Below are positions 37,404-46,240 of a stretch of 64,000 bases of DNA, in pieces. The translations under genes were made by a program, and so were the position numbers. A model generated the notes under the pieces. It searched no databases. It was given only the letters and a program-made list of their open reading frames with translations, and was not told the DNA's origin. Numbering within the stretch: the first letter of the stretch is position 1; each line of letters opens with the position of its first letter. Source of the stretch: Candidatus Micrarchaeia archaeon (GTDB lineage: Archaea; Micrarchaeota; Micrarchaeia; Anstonellales; Bilamarchaeaceae); the NCBI GenBank assembly GCA_041653635.1, contig JBAZFC010000001.1:265111-329110 (forward strand). The letters run 5' to 3'.

Positions 37404-38288
37404 TTGCCTACGCTGGTCATAGGCGCATCCGGGCTGGTAGGGTACGAGTTCTATAGGCAGAACAAGGGAAAGAAGGGTTGGTTTTTCACCTACCGCTCTG
37501 TGAAGGTGGATGATTTTCTGCAGCTGGATGCGAGCGACGCAGGGCAGGCGGAGAAACTAGTTTCGGAATTGAAGCCGGACACTGTCATTTTGCCCGCCGC
37601 GATGGCGTGGGTGGACAAATGCGAGAGGGAGCCGGAGCTGGCGAGGAAAAATAATGTAGAGTTGCTCCAGAACGTGATAGATGCGATGAAGAGGCACGGC
37701 GGGAGGAGGATTGTGTTCTTCTCTACGGATTACCTTTTTGACGGGAAGGGCGGGCCATATTCCGAGGATGCGGAGCCAAACCCGCTGAACGTATATGGAA
37801 AGATAAAGCTGGAATGCGAGAGGATGCTGGAGAATTCCGGGCTGGATTACATCATACTCAGGACCACTGGCATATTCGGCTGGGAGAAGCAGGGGAAGAA
37901 CTTTTTGTACAGGATTTTTGACACGCTCGGCAAGGGAAAGCCCATAGAGGTCCCCAACGACCAGTATGCAACGCCAACGTATGTGAAGGATATCGTGGGG
38001 GCGGCGATGGCGCTGCTTGAGAAGGGGCAGACGGGGACGTTCAACGTGGTGGGCCCGCAGTACATGAACAGGGTGGAGCTGTCGCAGAAGTTCGCGAAGG
38101 GGTTCGGGTTTGACGGCGGGCTAATTGTCGGCAAGCCCACCTCGGAATTCAAGTCCGCGGCCCCGAGGCCCATGAAGGCGGGTTTCAGGATAGACAAGAT
38201 ACTGGGGCTCGGGATAAGGATGCGCACCGTGGAAGAAGCGGTAGAGGATATGAAGAGAAGGAAGGAAGAAGACGATAAGTACGAATGA
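37404..38288 (+). CDS. RmlD-like reductase (second paralogue).
   Basis: VIGASGLVG and the RmlD_sub_bind layout are present. Confidence 0.65.
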   Translation: MPTLVIGASGLVGYEFYRQNKGKKGWFFTYRSVKVDDFLQLDASDAGQAEKLVSELKPDTVILPAAMAWVDKCEREPELARKNNVELLQNVIDAMKRHGGRRIVFFSTDYLFDGKGGPYSEDAEPNPLNVYGKIKLECERMLENSGLDYIILRTTGIFGWEKQGKNFLYRIFDTLGKGKPIEVPNDQYATPTYVKDIVGAAMALLEKGQTGTFNVVGPQYMNRVELSQKFAKGFGFDGGLIVGKPTSEFKSAAPRPMKAGFRIDKILGLGIRMRTVEEAVEDMKRRKEEDDKYE

Positions 38289-38297
38289 TGATGAAAG

Positions 38298-39302
38298 TCA
38301 GAGCTTGCTCTCTATGCAGAGCTTGCATGCAGGAATTGTCTCAAATTTTCCGGCGAGGTGGATTTCCCTCAGCGCCTGCAGCTTCCTTGAGTGCCACGCC
38401 TCCTTGAGGGTCATGGTGTGCGCATTGCCGAGCGCCAGCGTGTTCTCGTAATCCACGCAGCAGGGCATTATTGTCCCGTCCCAGCGTATCACGAGGCGCT
38501 GGAAGAGCTGTGTGCAAATGAATTTCTTCGGCTTCTCCTTGAATTCGCTTGAGCTGGATTTGAGGGAGTTGTCCTGGAGCTTGCCCGGGTTTATGTATTC
38601 CTGGATGGCGATGTGGTTCACCTTGTCCTTCCAGAAATTCACGAACGGCTCCACCTCGTGCTCGTTCAGGCTCATGCGGATGAAGCTGAGCCGCACAATC
38701 GGGTAGCTGAGCCCCCGCTTCTTTTTCAGTTCAAGGAATTTCAGCACGTTGGCGACTACCTTGTCGTAATCCCCGCCTATGCGTATCTTCTCGTAGCTCT
38801 CCTTGGAGAACGCGTCCAGCGAAACAGTGAACTTGGTTATCCCCGCGTCAAGGAGGCGCTGGGACGTCTCCTCGGTGAGGAGGGAGGCGTTTGTGTGCAG
38901 GATGCGGTCCGGTATGCCGGCATCTGTCGCATATTTTATCAGTTCAACAAGGTCGGGCCTGAGGAGCGCCTCGCCCAAATCCCCGAAATCCACGGAGAGG
39001 AGGCCCTCCCGCTTCCCCTCGTCTATTATCTTCTTGTATAGTTCGGGCTCCATGACCTGCCCCTGGTTCTTAATGTTCATGGCGGTCCTTGGGCACATGA
39101 CGCATGCATAGTTGCAGGTCATGTTCAGCTCCACGTCTATGTGCATGGGGAAGTCCGTGACCGTGAGCTTCTCATTGACTTCGTTCCACTTCTTCCGGTA
39201 GGCGTGGTATTCCGGCGGGAGGTCCTTGTCCCCTCCGGGTATGCACTGGATGTCGCTGAGGAAGAAGGAATTGTCTTTGCGGGTTTTCTGCTCTTCTGCC
39301 AT
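38298..39302 (-). CDS. Radical SAM enzyme with a C-terminal SPASM/twitch-like Cys cluster.
   Basis: The CNYACVMCPR CxxxCxxC motif and the C-terminal CTQ...CC...C...C cluster are present. Confidence 0.7.
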   Translation of the reverse strand: MAEEQKTRKDNSFFLSDIQCIPGGDKDLPPEYHAYRKKWNEVNEKLTVTDFPMHIDVELNMTCNYACVMCPRTAMNIKNQGQVMEPELYKKIIDEGKREGLLSVDFGDLGEALLRPDLVELIKYATDAGIPDRILHTNASLLTEETSQRLLDAGITKFTVSLDAFSKESYEKIRIGGDYDKVVANVLKFLELKKKRGLSYPIVRLSFIRMSLNEHEVEPFVNFWKDKVNHIAIQEYINPGKLQDNSLKSSSSEFKEKPKKFICTQLFQRLVIRWDGTIMPCCVDYENTLALGNAHTMTLKEAWHSRKLQALREIHLAGKFETIPACKLCIESKL

Positions 39303-39340
39303 AAGAACCACTAAATGGTATGTGCCTGATAAAATTAGCC

Positions 39341-39363
39341 ACGGAACGGTTTAAATCCGTTCC
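39341..39363. promoter_or_regulatory. Perfect palindrome CGGAACGG-TTTAAAT-CCGTTCCG in the divergent promoter region.
   Basis: Two 8 bp inverted arms flank a TATA-like core between the radical SAM gene and the Capsule_synth-like gene. Confidence 0.5.
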
Positions 39364-39372
39364 GGGAAGGGG

Positions 39373-40848
39373 ATGGCGCGGAACGGGCGGCGGGGATATC
39401 GTTTATTAAGATTCGCGGCAGCGTATAAATACGCAAGACCGGGGTATCGCATGGTAAACTGTTCAATGTACTACAGCACATTCAGGGAGGAGAAAGGGAA
39501 TTACCTCATCCGCCTCCCGAAACTGCTCCCCAAGGATTGGAAGCTGCACGTGCTCTTCAGGTACAAGTATGCCGGGTTGGACGCCCCGGACATGGCGGGG
39601 ACAGGCAAATTCTATCTGTACGATAATTTCAGGGACCTCGGCGAGGAGGAGGTGGGGGAGGCGGAGAAGCTGGTCGCGACGCCGTTTTCGCTCATCCGGC
39701 TGATGGCGAAGACCGCGTTCCTGCGCTACCCAAACATGAAGAACCTCCCGGACGACAAGTTCCTGGCGAACTGCGCGATTGCCTGGGACAGATTCTTCAC
39801 CACCAGGAAGATAGACATGTACCTTGCGGGGCTCATAGACGAGACGTCGGGCATAGTGGGGCTTGAGGTCGCAAAAAAGAGGGGGATGCCGATAATAATG
39901 CTGCACCCGAGCCGCTTCACGAACATGTTCTTCATCTGCGACGGGAATTATGCGCCGATATTCTGGAAGAAGCTCGGAAAAGAGGAAGTGGAGGCGCAGT
40001 ACGCGGAGGCGAGGCAGGAAATCCTTGGGGAGAAGATAATCAACGCGCACATATCCAACATAGCCACGAACACGTTTGACCTGACGAGGTTGGGGACGCT
40101 CCTGCAGCTCCTGCTCGCGATTCCGAGGAACTTCTACTACTACCATGTGAAGATACCGGCCCAGGACAGGAAGCTCTGGTATTCAACCGAGGAACTGGTT
40201 GCCAGGCAGGTCAGGTATTTCATAAGGTCCAAAATGTATGGGATGTACATGAGGAAGGGCATCCCGAAAGGGGAAAAATACGTCTTCTTCCCGCTGCATT
40301 TCACCGACGATGCGGCGCTCACCGCGAAGTTCGCGGTGGACAGCCAGTTTGAGATAATTGAGAAGATTGCGAAACTGCTGCCGCATGATACGTACATATA
40401 TGTGAAGCCGCACCCGCACTGGAAGGCGTGCGACGTGCCTGTAAGCGTAATGAGGCGCATGGCGAAGAACCCGAAGATAAGGCTGCTCACCTACAAGGCG
40501 GACACGAAAAAGCTGGTAAGGGGCGCGGAATTGACGGTCATAATAAATTCCGCGGTCGGGATGGAGGCGCTCCTCGCGGGAAAGCCAGTGGTGGCCTTTG
40601 GCCAGGATTACCCCCCGGACGTGATTCCGCGGGTGAGGCACGTGACGGAGATATTTGATGCGGCGAAGAGGCAGGCGCCCTTGGAAACGGTGAAGAGGTT
40701 CGTGGCAAACATGCGCGCCCACTCCTTCCCCATAGACAGCTCCGTGTTTTCCACGGCGGAGATACACCGGGATGGAGACATAAGGGTAATAGTGAAGCAC
40801 TTTGAGCAGGCGTACGATTCCGTGAAAGCGGGGGGAAGGAAGAGATGA
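39373..40848 (+). CDS. Capsule_synth (KpsS/KpsC/LpsZ)-like glycosyltransferase, paralogue 1.
   Basis: Family-like motifs FFPLHFTDD, VKPHPHWK and INSAVGMEALLAGKPVV are present. The start may be the internal M at 39451. Confidence 0.5.
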   Translation: MARNGRRGYRLLRFAAAYKYARPGYRMVNCSMYYSTFREEKGNYLIRLPKLLPKDWKLHVLFRYKYAGLDAPDMAGTGKFYLYDNFRDLGEEEVGEAEKLVATPFSLIRLMAKTAFLRYPNMKNLPDDKFLANCAIAWDRFFTTRKIDMYLAGLIDETSGIVGLEVAKKRGMPIIMLHPSRFTNMFFICDGNYAPIFWKKLGKEEVEAQYAEARQEILGEKIINAHISNIATNTFDLTRLGTLLQLLLAIPRNFYYYHVKIPAQDRKLWYSTEELVARQVRYFIRSKMYGMYMRKGIPKGEKYVFFPLHFTDDAALTAKFAVDSQFEIIEKIAKLLPHDTYIYVKPHPHWKACDVPVSVMRRMAKNPKIRLLTYKADTKKLVRGAELTVIINSAVGMEALLAGKPVVAFGQDYPPDVIPRVRHVTEIFDAAKRQAPLETVKRFVANMRAHSFPIDSSVFSTAEIHRDGDIRVIVKHFEQAYDSVKAGGRKR

Positions 40849-42245
40849 ATATTGCATTCTACACCGGGACCAGCTTTGACCTTGAGGAATACAAAACAAA
40901 GATAATTGGAAGCATGGGCCGCGGGAATGAAATCATCGTGGCGAAGCGGTTCCCGAAGCCGCTCGGGCTTGCGAATGCGAAGGAGGAATATATCCACTCC
41001 GACGAGGTTTTTTCCAGAAAGCCGGCGAAAAAGGAGATGGCGGAGGCGGAGCGATCGCTGGGCATACCGTTCCCGCTCCTGCTCAGGTACTGGTACAACT
41101 GGGACAGGAAAAAGGAGAAAAACCGGGCCGCCATGCTGGAGCACTATGCCGCGATAACGCAGTATTTCCTGTATTGGAGGAAATTCTTCTCAGAAAACAG
41201 GACACACGTCTTCGTCACTACATATGAGAGCACATTCCCGGAAATCGTGAGCGTGCAGGTCGCGAGGAGCATGGGGATAAAGGTAATCTACATCTACGGG
41301 GGGAGGGTGAGCGGCTCCCTTATGCTGTGCGATGCGGACTGTGCCCCGATTTATTGGAAGAAGATTACGGAGAAGGAGAAGGGCGAGATATATTCCATGC
41401 TTAGGGAGCGCTACAACGCGAGGAAGGCCGCGGAAAATTTGAACGTGGCGAAGGATGTGAGGAAATACTCGGATTATTCCCTTGGGAACATTGCCTACAA
41501 ATTAGGGCGGCTTGTTTCCTACTGGAGGAACTATTACGCGATGCCGAAGATGGACAGGATGCGCACCATAAGCCCGTTCAAGCTCCTGTACAAATACCTT
41601 GAGGGGCAGGCGCGGCAATACTATTCAATGCGGCTGTGCAGGGACTGGGACTACAGGAACATGAATTATTTCCTTTTCCCGCTCCAGTTTGACGACGAGG
41701 CGAACGCTTCCTACCAGGAGGCGTTCCTGAGCCAGTTTGACGTGATAAAGGCGGTGTCCCTGAGCCTTCCGATTAATCATTATCTCATCATAAAGCCGCA
41801 CCCGCACTGGAAGAACAGGGACATCCCGGTTGGAAGGATGAAGGAGATGATGGCGCTCCCGAACGTGCGCATGATTTCCCCGGACGTGAGCACGATAGAC
41901 CTCATAAACGGCTCAAAGGGGGTGTTCATAATAAACTCCACTCCGGGGTACGAGGCAATCGTGCTCGGGAAGCCGGTGGTAACGTTCGGGCACGACCTTC
42001 TTTTCTCAGGGAAGGAGCCGGTGATAACCGTGCACGACATGAACAAACTGCCGGGAGTGGCCGCGAAGCTCGCGAACGGCGGGATAAGGCCGGACGAGAA
42101 AAAGGCGAAGGAGCTGGTCGCGAGGTACTACAAGCACCTGATTTTCCTGGAGGGGAGGTTCGGCATGAACAGGATAGACCTCACGGACAAGGACGCAAAG
42201 AAGATGGCCCGGGCGCTGGAAGAATGCATAAGCGCGATTGCTTAA
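40845..42245 (+). CDS. Capsule_synth (KpsS/KpsC/LpsZ)-like glycosyltransferase, paralogue 2.
   Basis: It shares FPLQFDDEA, IKPHPHWK and INSTPGYEAIVLGKPVV with the upstream paralogue. It overlaps that gene by 4 nt. Confidence 0.5.
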   Translation: MNIAFYTGTSFDLEEYKTKIIGSMGRGNEIIVAKRFPKPLGLANAKEEYIHSDEVFSRKPAKKEMAEAERSLGIPFPLLLRYWYNWDRKKEKNRAAMLEHYAAITQYFLYWRKFFSENRTHVFVTTYESTFPEIVSVQVARSMGIKVIYIYGGRVSGSLMLCDADCAPIYWKKITEKEKGEIYSMLRERYNARKAAENLNVAKDVRKYSDYSLGNIAYKLGRLVSYWRNYYAMPKMDRMRTISPFKLLYKYLEGQARQYYSMRLCRDWDYRNMNYFLFPLQFDDEANASYQEAFLSQFDVIKAVSLSLPINHYLIIKPHPHWKNRDIPVGRMKEMMALPNVRMISPDVSTIDLINGSKGVFIINSTPGYEAIVLGKPVVTFGHDLLFSGKEPVITVHDMNKLPGVAAKLANGGIRPDEKKAKELVARYYKHLIFLEGRFGMNRIDLTDKDAKKMARALEECISAIA

Positions 42246-43142
42246 TTAGAAAACGCCCGCCGCGCTGAGGGCGAAGACGATTATTGTTGAGATTACGCTT
42301 GTGAGCACTATTGAGTCCATTACTAATTTTTCCAGCTTGAGGCCGAGCGAATCTATTATCACGAAATTGGAAATGGCAACGGGCATGAGGGATAGGAGGA
42401 GGATTTCCTTTCCTGAAGAGAGCAGCCCCGCATAGGCGAGGAGCGCCCAGGTTATGAGCGGGAATATCAGGCATTTCGCAGCGGCTATGGAAAGAAGGTT
42501 CCTGTCCAGGGATATGCTGAACTTGTCCGAGAGGAAAAGGCCCATCGCAACGAGCGAGAGGGGCGTGGTGAGGGAAGAGAAGCCCTCCAGAAAAGGCATG
42601 AGGGCGGAGAGGTTTATCTGGAAGGCGAGGGAGAGGGCGCCGGCGATGGTGAATATTATCACGGGATTATAGAATGCCTTCCCTATGGCTGCTTTCTTCC
42701 CGTCCGTCCCGAGGAGGATGTAAATCGCGGGCAGGAGCAACGCGAAAACGAACAGGTTGTAGATGGAAACGTAGATGCCCGTGAGCGGGAGGGCGCCCTC
42801 CCCAAGAATCATCTGGGTGAAGGGGAAGCCGAAATACACTATGTTGCCGAAAAACCCGCAGATAAGCAGGCAGTAGAAGACGCGCCTTTCAAGCCGGAAG
42901 GCGTATGAGATTAGGAAGCTCAGCGCCATGGAAATGAGGAAGCTTGCGAGAAGGACGGCGACGAGCAGGTATAATGCCTGGGGGATGGTGACTCCGGAGA
43001 AGGAGGCGAGGATGGATGCGGGCAGGCAGATATAGAATACTATGTTTGCGAGCACCTTGTAGTCCTGGCTTTTTGCCAGCCCGGCGCGTGCGGCAAGATA
43101 GCCGGAAACAAGGAAGAGGGCGAGGAGGATTAGCTGTTCCAT
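42246..43142 (-). CDS. AEC-family (auxin-efflux-carrier-like) membrane transporter.
   Basis: The 10-TM layout and an N-terminus typical of the AEC family are present. Confidence 0.6.
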   Translation of the reverse strand: MEQLILLALFLVSGYLAARAGLAKSQDYKVLANIVFYICLPASILASFSGVTIPQALYLLVAVLLASFLISMALSFLISYAFRLERRVFYCLLICGFFGNIVYFGFPFTQMILGEGALPLTGIYVSIYNLFVFALLLPAIYILLGTDGKKAAIGKAFYNPVIIFTIAGALSLAFQINLSALMPFLEGFSSLTTPLSLVAMGLFLSDKFSISLDRNLLSIAAAKCLIFPLITWALLAYAGLLSSGKEILLLSLMPVAISNFVIIDSLGLKLEKLVMDSIVLTSVISTIIVFALSAAGVF

Positions 43143-43146
43143 ATGC

Positions 43147-44202
43147 CTAAACCTTCATTTCCAGCATCCTGAGGTCGCCGTCCACCTTCCCTTCCGAGAT
43201 GAGCCTCTTTATGCTCTCCACGTCGTAGAACCTCTTGTCGGAGAACGTCTTGTAGTCCAGCTTTATCTCGTTGAAGTAATCATAGAGCTGCTTTATGCCC
43301 TTGCGCACGGTCCAGGAGGGCCTGAATCCCTTCAGCGTTGAGTTTATCTTCCTGAAGGAGACGCGGTAGGAGCGCGGGTCTATGGGGGCGTCTTTGCCGA
43401 CCTCCAGCTCGCAGTTGGGGACTATCTCCTTCACCATGTTTGCGATATCTATTACCTTGTAATTCTCGGAATCCATCCCAATGTTGAATGCCTGGCCGCT
43501 CACCGCGTCCTCCGGCGCCTCAAGCGCGGCAAGGACCGCCTTTGAGCAGTCCTCCACGTGCAGGCTCGGCCTCCAGGAGGTGCCTGCGCTAAGGAGCTTC
43601 ACCTTCCCGGTGGTGTATGCCCAGCCTGTGAGGTTGTTCACCACGAGGTCAAAACGCATCCTGTAGGAAAGGCCGAAGACCGTGGCGTTGCGCATGAAGG
43701 TTGGGGAGAAATTCCTGTCCTTGAGCTTCCCAGCCTCCTGCTCCACGCCTATCTTCGCCTTCGCGTATGCGGATACTGGGGCCAGCGGAGAGGACTCGTC
43801 CACGAAATTGTCGCCCTTCTGGGCCCCGTATATGGAGCATGAGGAGGCGAAAACGAAGCGCCGGATTCCGGATTCCTTCGCAAGCTTCGCAAGGCGCGCT
43901 GGCGAGAGGTGGTTTATCTGGTCGGTCCATGCAGGATTGAGGTCCGAGGCAGGGTCGTTCGCAAGCCCGGAGTAATCCACCACCGCGTCGCATCCGGCGA
44001 GGTCCTCCCTGGAAATGTCGCGCACGTCCTTGAATATCTGCCTGGAGATGCTCTCCCTTATGCTGGTTTCTGCATCCCCGCGGAGGAAGCCGTCCTTGTA
44101 ATAGCCGCAGTCGCAGCCGACCACCTCGTGGCCCGCGGAGCGCAGCACGCGCGACATCGTCGTCCCTATGTATCCCAGGTTGCCTGCAAGAAATATTTTC
44201 AT
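43147..44202 (-). CDS. NAD-dependent nucleotide-sugar epimerase/dehydratase (SDR). Context suggests it acts on a CDP-sugar.
   Basis: A Rossmann N-terminus and a YxxxK motif are present. It lies upstream of rfbF. Confidence 0.6.
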   Translation of the reverse strand: MKIFLAGNLGYIGTTMSRVLRSAGHEVVGCDCGYYKDGFLRGDAETSIRESISRQIFKDVRDISREDLAGCDAVVDYSGLANDPASDLNPAWTDQINHLSPARLAKLAKESGIRRFVFASSCSIYGAQKGDNFVDESSPLAPVSAYAKAKIGVEQEAGKLKDRNFSPTFMRNATVFGLSYRMRFDLVVNNLTGWAYTTGKVKLLSAGTSWRPSLHVEDCSKAVLAALEAPEDAVSGQAFNIGMDSENYKVIDIANMVKEIVPNCELEVGKDAPIDPRSYRVSFRKINSTLKGFRPSWTVRKGIKQLYDYFNEIKLDYKTFSDKRFYDVESIKRLISEGKVDGDLRMLEMKV

Positions 44203-44206
44203 ACAA

Positions 44207-44959
44207 TCATTCCTCCAGATGCGTCCATGGCGGCTTGCCGCGGAAATCCGTGTGCGGCATCACGCCGGTGCGCCACAGTGCGTTCAGCCGGTCCACGTCC
44301 TTCGCAGTGTCCATCGCGGTCCAGAAGCCATCGTGGCGGTAGGCGGCCAGCTCGTTGTCCGCGGTCATTTTCCTTAGGGGCTCCTCCTCCAGCACGCAAT
44401 TGTCGTCAAGGTAATCAAAAACATCCTTGTTGAACGCGAAGAAGCCGCCGTTTATGTAGCCGGGGAGGAAGGGCTTCTCCTTGAATGCAGTGACCGCGCC
44501 TTCCTTGCTTATCTCAACCATCCCGAACGGGGACATGGTGTGCACCGCGGTGAGGGTGCCGGCCTTGCCGTGCGCCTTGTGGTAGGCAAGCAGCTTCCTT
44601 AGGTTTACATCCGCGAGCCCGTCGCAGTAGGTTGCGAAAAAACTCTCCCCTAAGTATTTCTCGGAGCGCTTCACCCTGCCGCCCGTGTTCGTGTCCTCGC
44701 CGGTTTCCGAGAAGGTTATGTCAAACCCCTCGGTTCCTTCCGGTTTTTTTCCGAAGTATTCGCGTATGAGGTTGCCCTTGTGGCCGATTGCGATGACGAA
44801 TTTGTTGAAGCCGTAGAACGAGTAAATCTTCATGACATGGACTATGACCGGGTATGGGCCTATGGGAACGAGGGCCTTGGGGATGGTGTCGCTGTAATCG
44901 CGCATGCGCATGCCCTTGCCGCCCGCGAGTATGAGGGCCGGTATTTGCGTAGCTGCCAT
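44207..44959 (-). CDS. rfbF: Glucose-1-phosphate cytidylyltransferase.
   Basis: LILAGGKGMRM...PKALVPIG and the family length fit. Confidence 0.75.
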   Translation of the reverse strand: MAATQIPALILAGGKGMRMRDYSDTIPKALVPIGPYPVIVHVMKIYSFYGFNKFVIAIGHKGNLIREYFGKKPEGTEGFDITFSETGEDTNTGGRVKRSEKYLGESFFATYCDGLADVNLRKLLAYHKAHGKAGTLTAVHTMSPFGMVEISKEGAVTAFKEKPFLPGYINGGFFAFNKDVFDYLDDNCVLEEEPLRKMTADNELAAYRHDGFWTAMDTAKDVDRLNALWRTGVMPHTDFRGKPPWTHLEE

Positions 44960-45107
44960 AATAACACTAAACTAAGATTCCAAGAATTGGTTTAAAACCA
45001 TGATGGGCGGGCCAAGCGGCGTGCAGGGTTTCCCGCGCCCTTAAGGGCACGTATCCCCTGGCATTCTGCGGGCATGCGCGTTATTTAAAAAGAACCTGCC
45101 GAGATTA

Positions 45108-46229
45108 ATGGCTATGCGCCTCGCGGTGGTCACGCCTTTCCTTGAAGCATACGGGGGGGTGGAAAAGGTCGTGATGAAGATTGCTGAGCATTTTGATGCG
45201 AAGGTCTATGCCATGGGCTACAGGCCGGAAGCGACATACCAGGAATTCCGGAAACTTGACGTGGAGGTCGTGGGTGGGGGAGGGATGCTCCCCAAGGGGA
45301 GGTTCTTCTCCGGAATCAACGCGGGGCGGCTGTTTTATTCGCTTAAGCTCCAGGATTACGACGTGGTGAATGCGCACCAGAGCCCCTCGGAATGGGTGCG
45401 CAACAGGAACGCGCCGATGATATGGTACTGCCACAGCCCGAACCGGGAGGCGTACGACCTATATGAGTGGAGGATGCGCAGGCGCGGGCCCGTGCAGAAG
45501 GCGGCGTTCTGGGGCGCGGTGAAGGCGTTCAGGGCGGTGGAGTCCGGCATAGTGCCGAAGATAGAGCACATATTCACGAACAGCACGAACAGCCAGGGGC
45601 GGATACGGAAATACCTGAAAAGGGACGCGGAGATACTCCATCCCGGGGTGGAGCCGAAGGAATTCATGTGTGAAGGGTATGGGAAATTCTTTTTTTATCC
45701 CTCAAGGATTGTGCCTGAGAAGGAGATAGAATATGCGATAGAGGCGTTCAGGATTTTCTCAGGGAAGAGGAAGGGCTGGAAGCTCGTGGTCGCTGGCGCG
45801 GCCTCGGAAAGGCCGGAGCACAGGAGGTACCTTGAGGGGCTGAGGGGAATGGGCGTGGAGGGCGTCAGCATACGGACGAACGTGAGCGATGCGGAGCTGA
45901 AGGGGCTGTATGCGAAATGCCTTGCGGTGCTCTACACCCCTGTGAACGAGGATTTCGGGCTCGTGCCCATAGAGGCGATGGCATCGTCCAAGCCGTGCAT
46001 AGCGAGGAACGAGGGCGGGCCGAGGGAAACGATAGAAAGCGGGAAGGACGGGTTCCTTGTGGACAGCGCGGGGGGGATGGCGCAGAGGATGGGGGAGCTG
46101 GCGGAAAAGCCGGAACTTGCGGAGGGCATGGGGAAGGCGGGAAGGAGGAAGGTGCTGGCGAAATTCACGTGGAAGCGCTTCATGGAGAGGTTCGGGGAGA
46201 AAGCAAAGGAGTTGGCTAAAAAGGCATAG
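45108..46229 (+). CDS. Glycosyltransferase family 1 (GT4-type).
   Basis: The GT-B C-terminal E..A..KP motif is present. A TTATTTAAAAAG sits about 20 nt upstream. Confidence 0.7.
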   Translation: MAMRLAVVTPFLEAYGGVEKVVMKIAEHFDAKVYAMGYRPEATYQEFRKLDVEVVGGGGMLPKGRFFSGINAGRLFYSLKLQDYDVVNAHQSPSEWVRNRNAPMIWYCHSPNREAYDLYEWRMRRRGPVQKAAFWGAVKAFRAVESGIVPKIEHIFTNSTNSQGRIRKYLKRDAEILHPGVEPKEFMCEGYGKFFFYPSRIVPEKEIEYAIEAFRIFSGKRKGWKLVVAGAASERPEHRRYLEGLRGMGVEGVSIRTNVSDAELKGLYAKCLAVLYTPVNEDFGLVPIEAMASSKPCIARNEGGPRETIESGKDGFLVDSAGGMAQRMGELAEKPELAEGMGKAGRRKVLAKFTWKRFMERFGEKAKELAKKA

Positions 46230-46240
46230 AAGGTATCTGG

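Noticed and set aside
45000-45107. A possible tRNA or structured RNA in the GC-rich part of the rfbF/GT1 intergenic region.
   Set aside because: No cloverleaf can be folded. There is no 7 bp acceptor pairing and no D- or T-arm consensus. Only a short palindrome, GCCCTTAAGGGC, is present.
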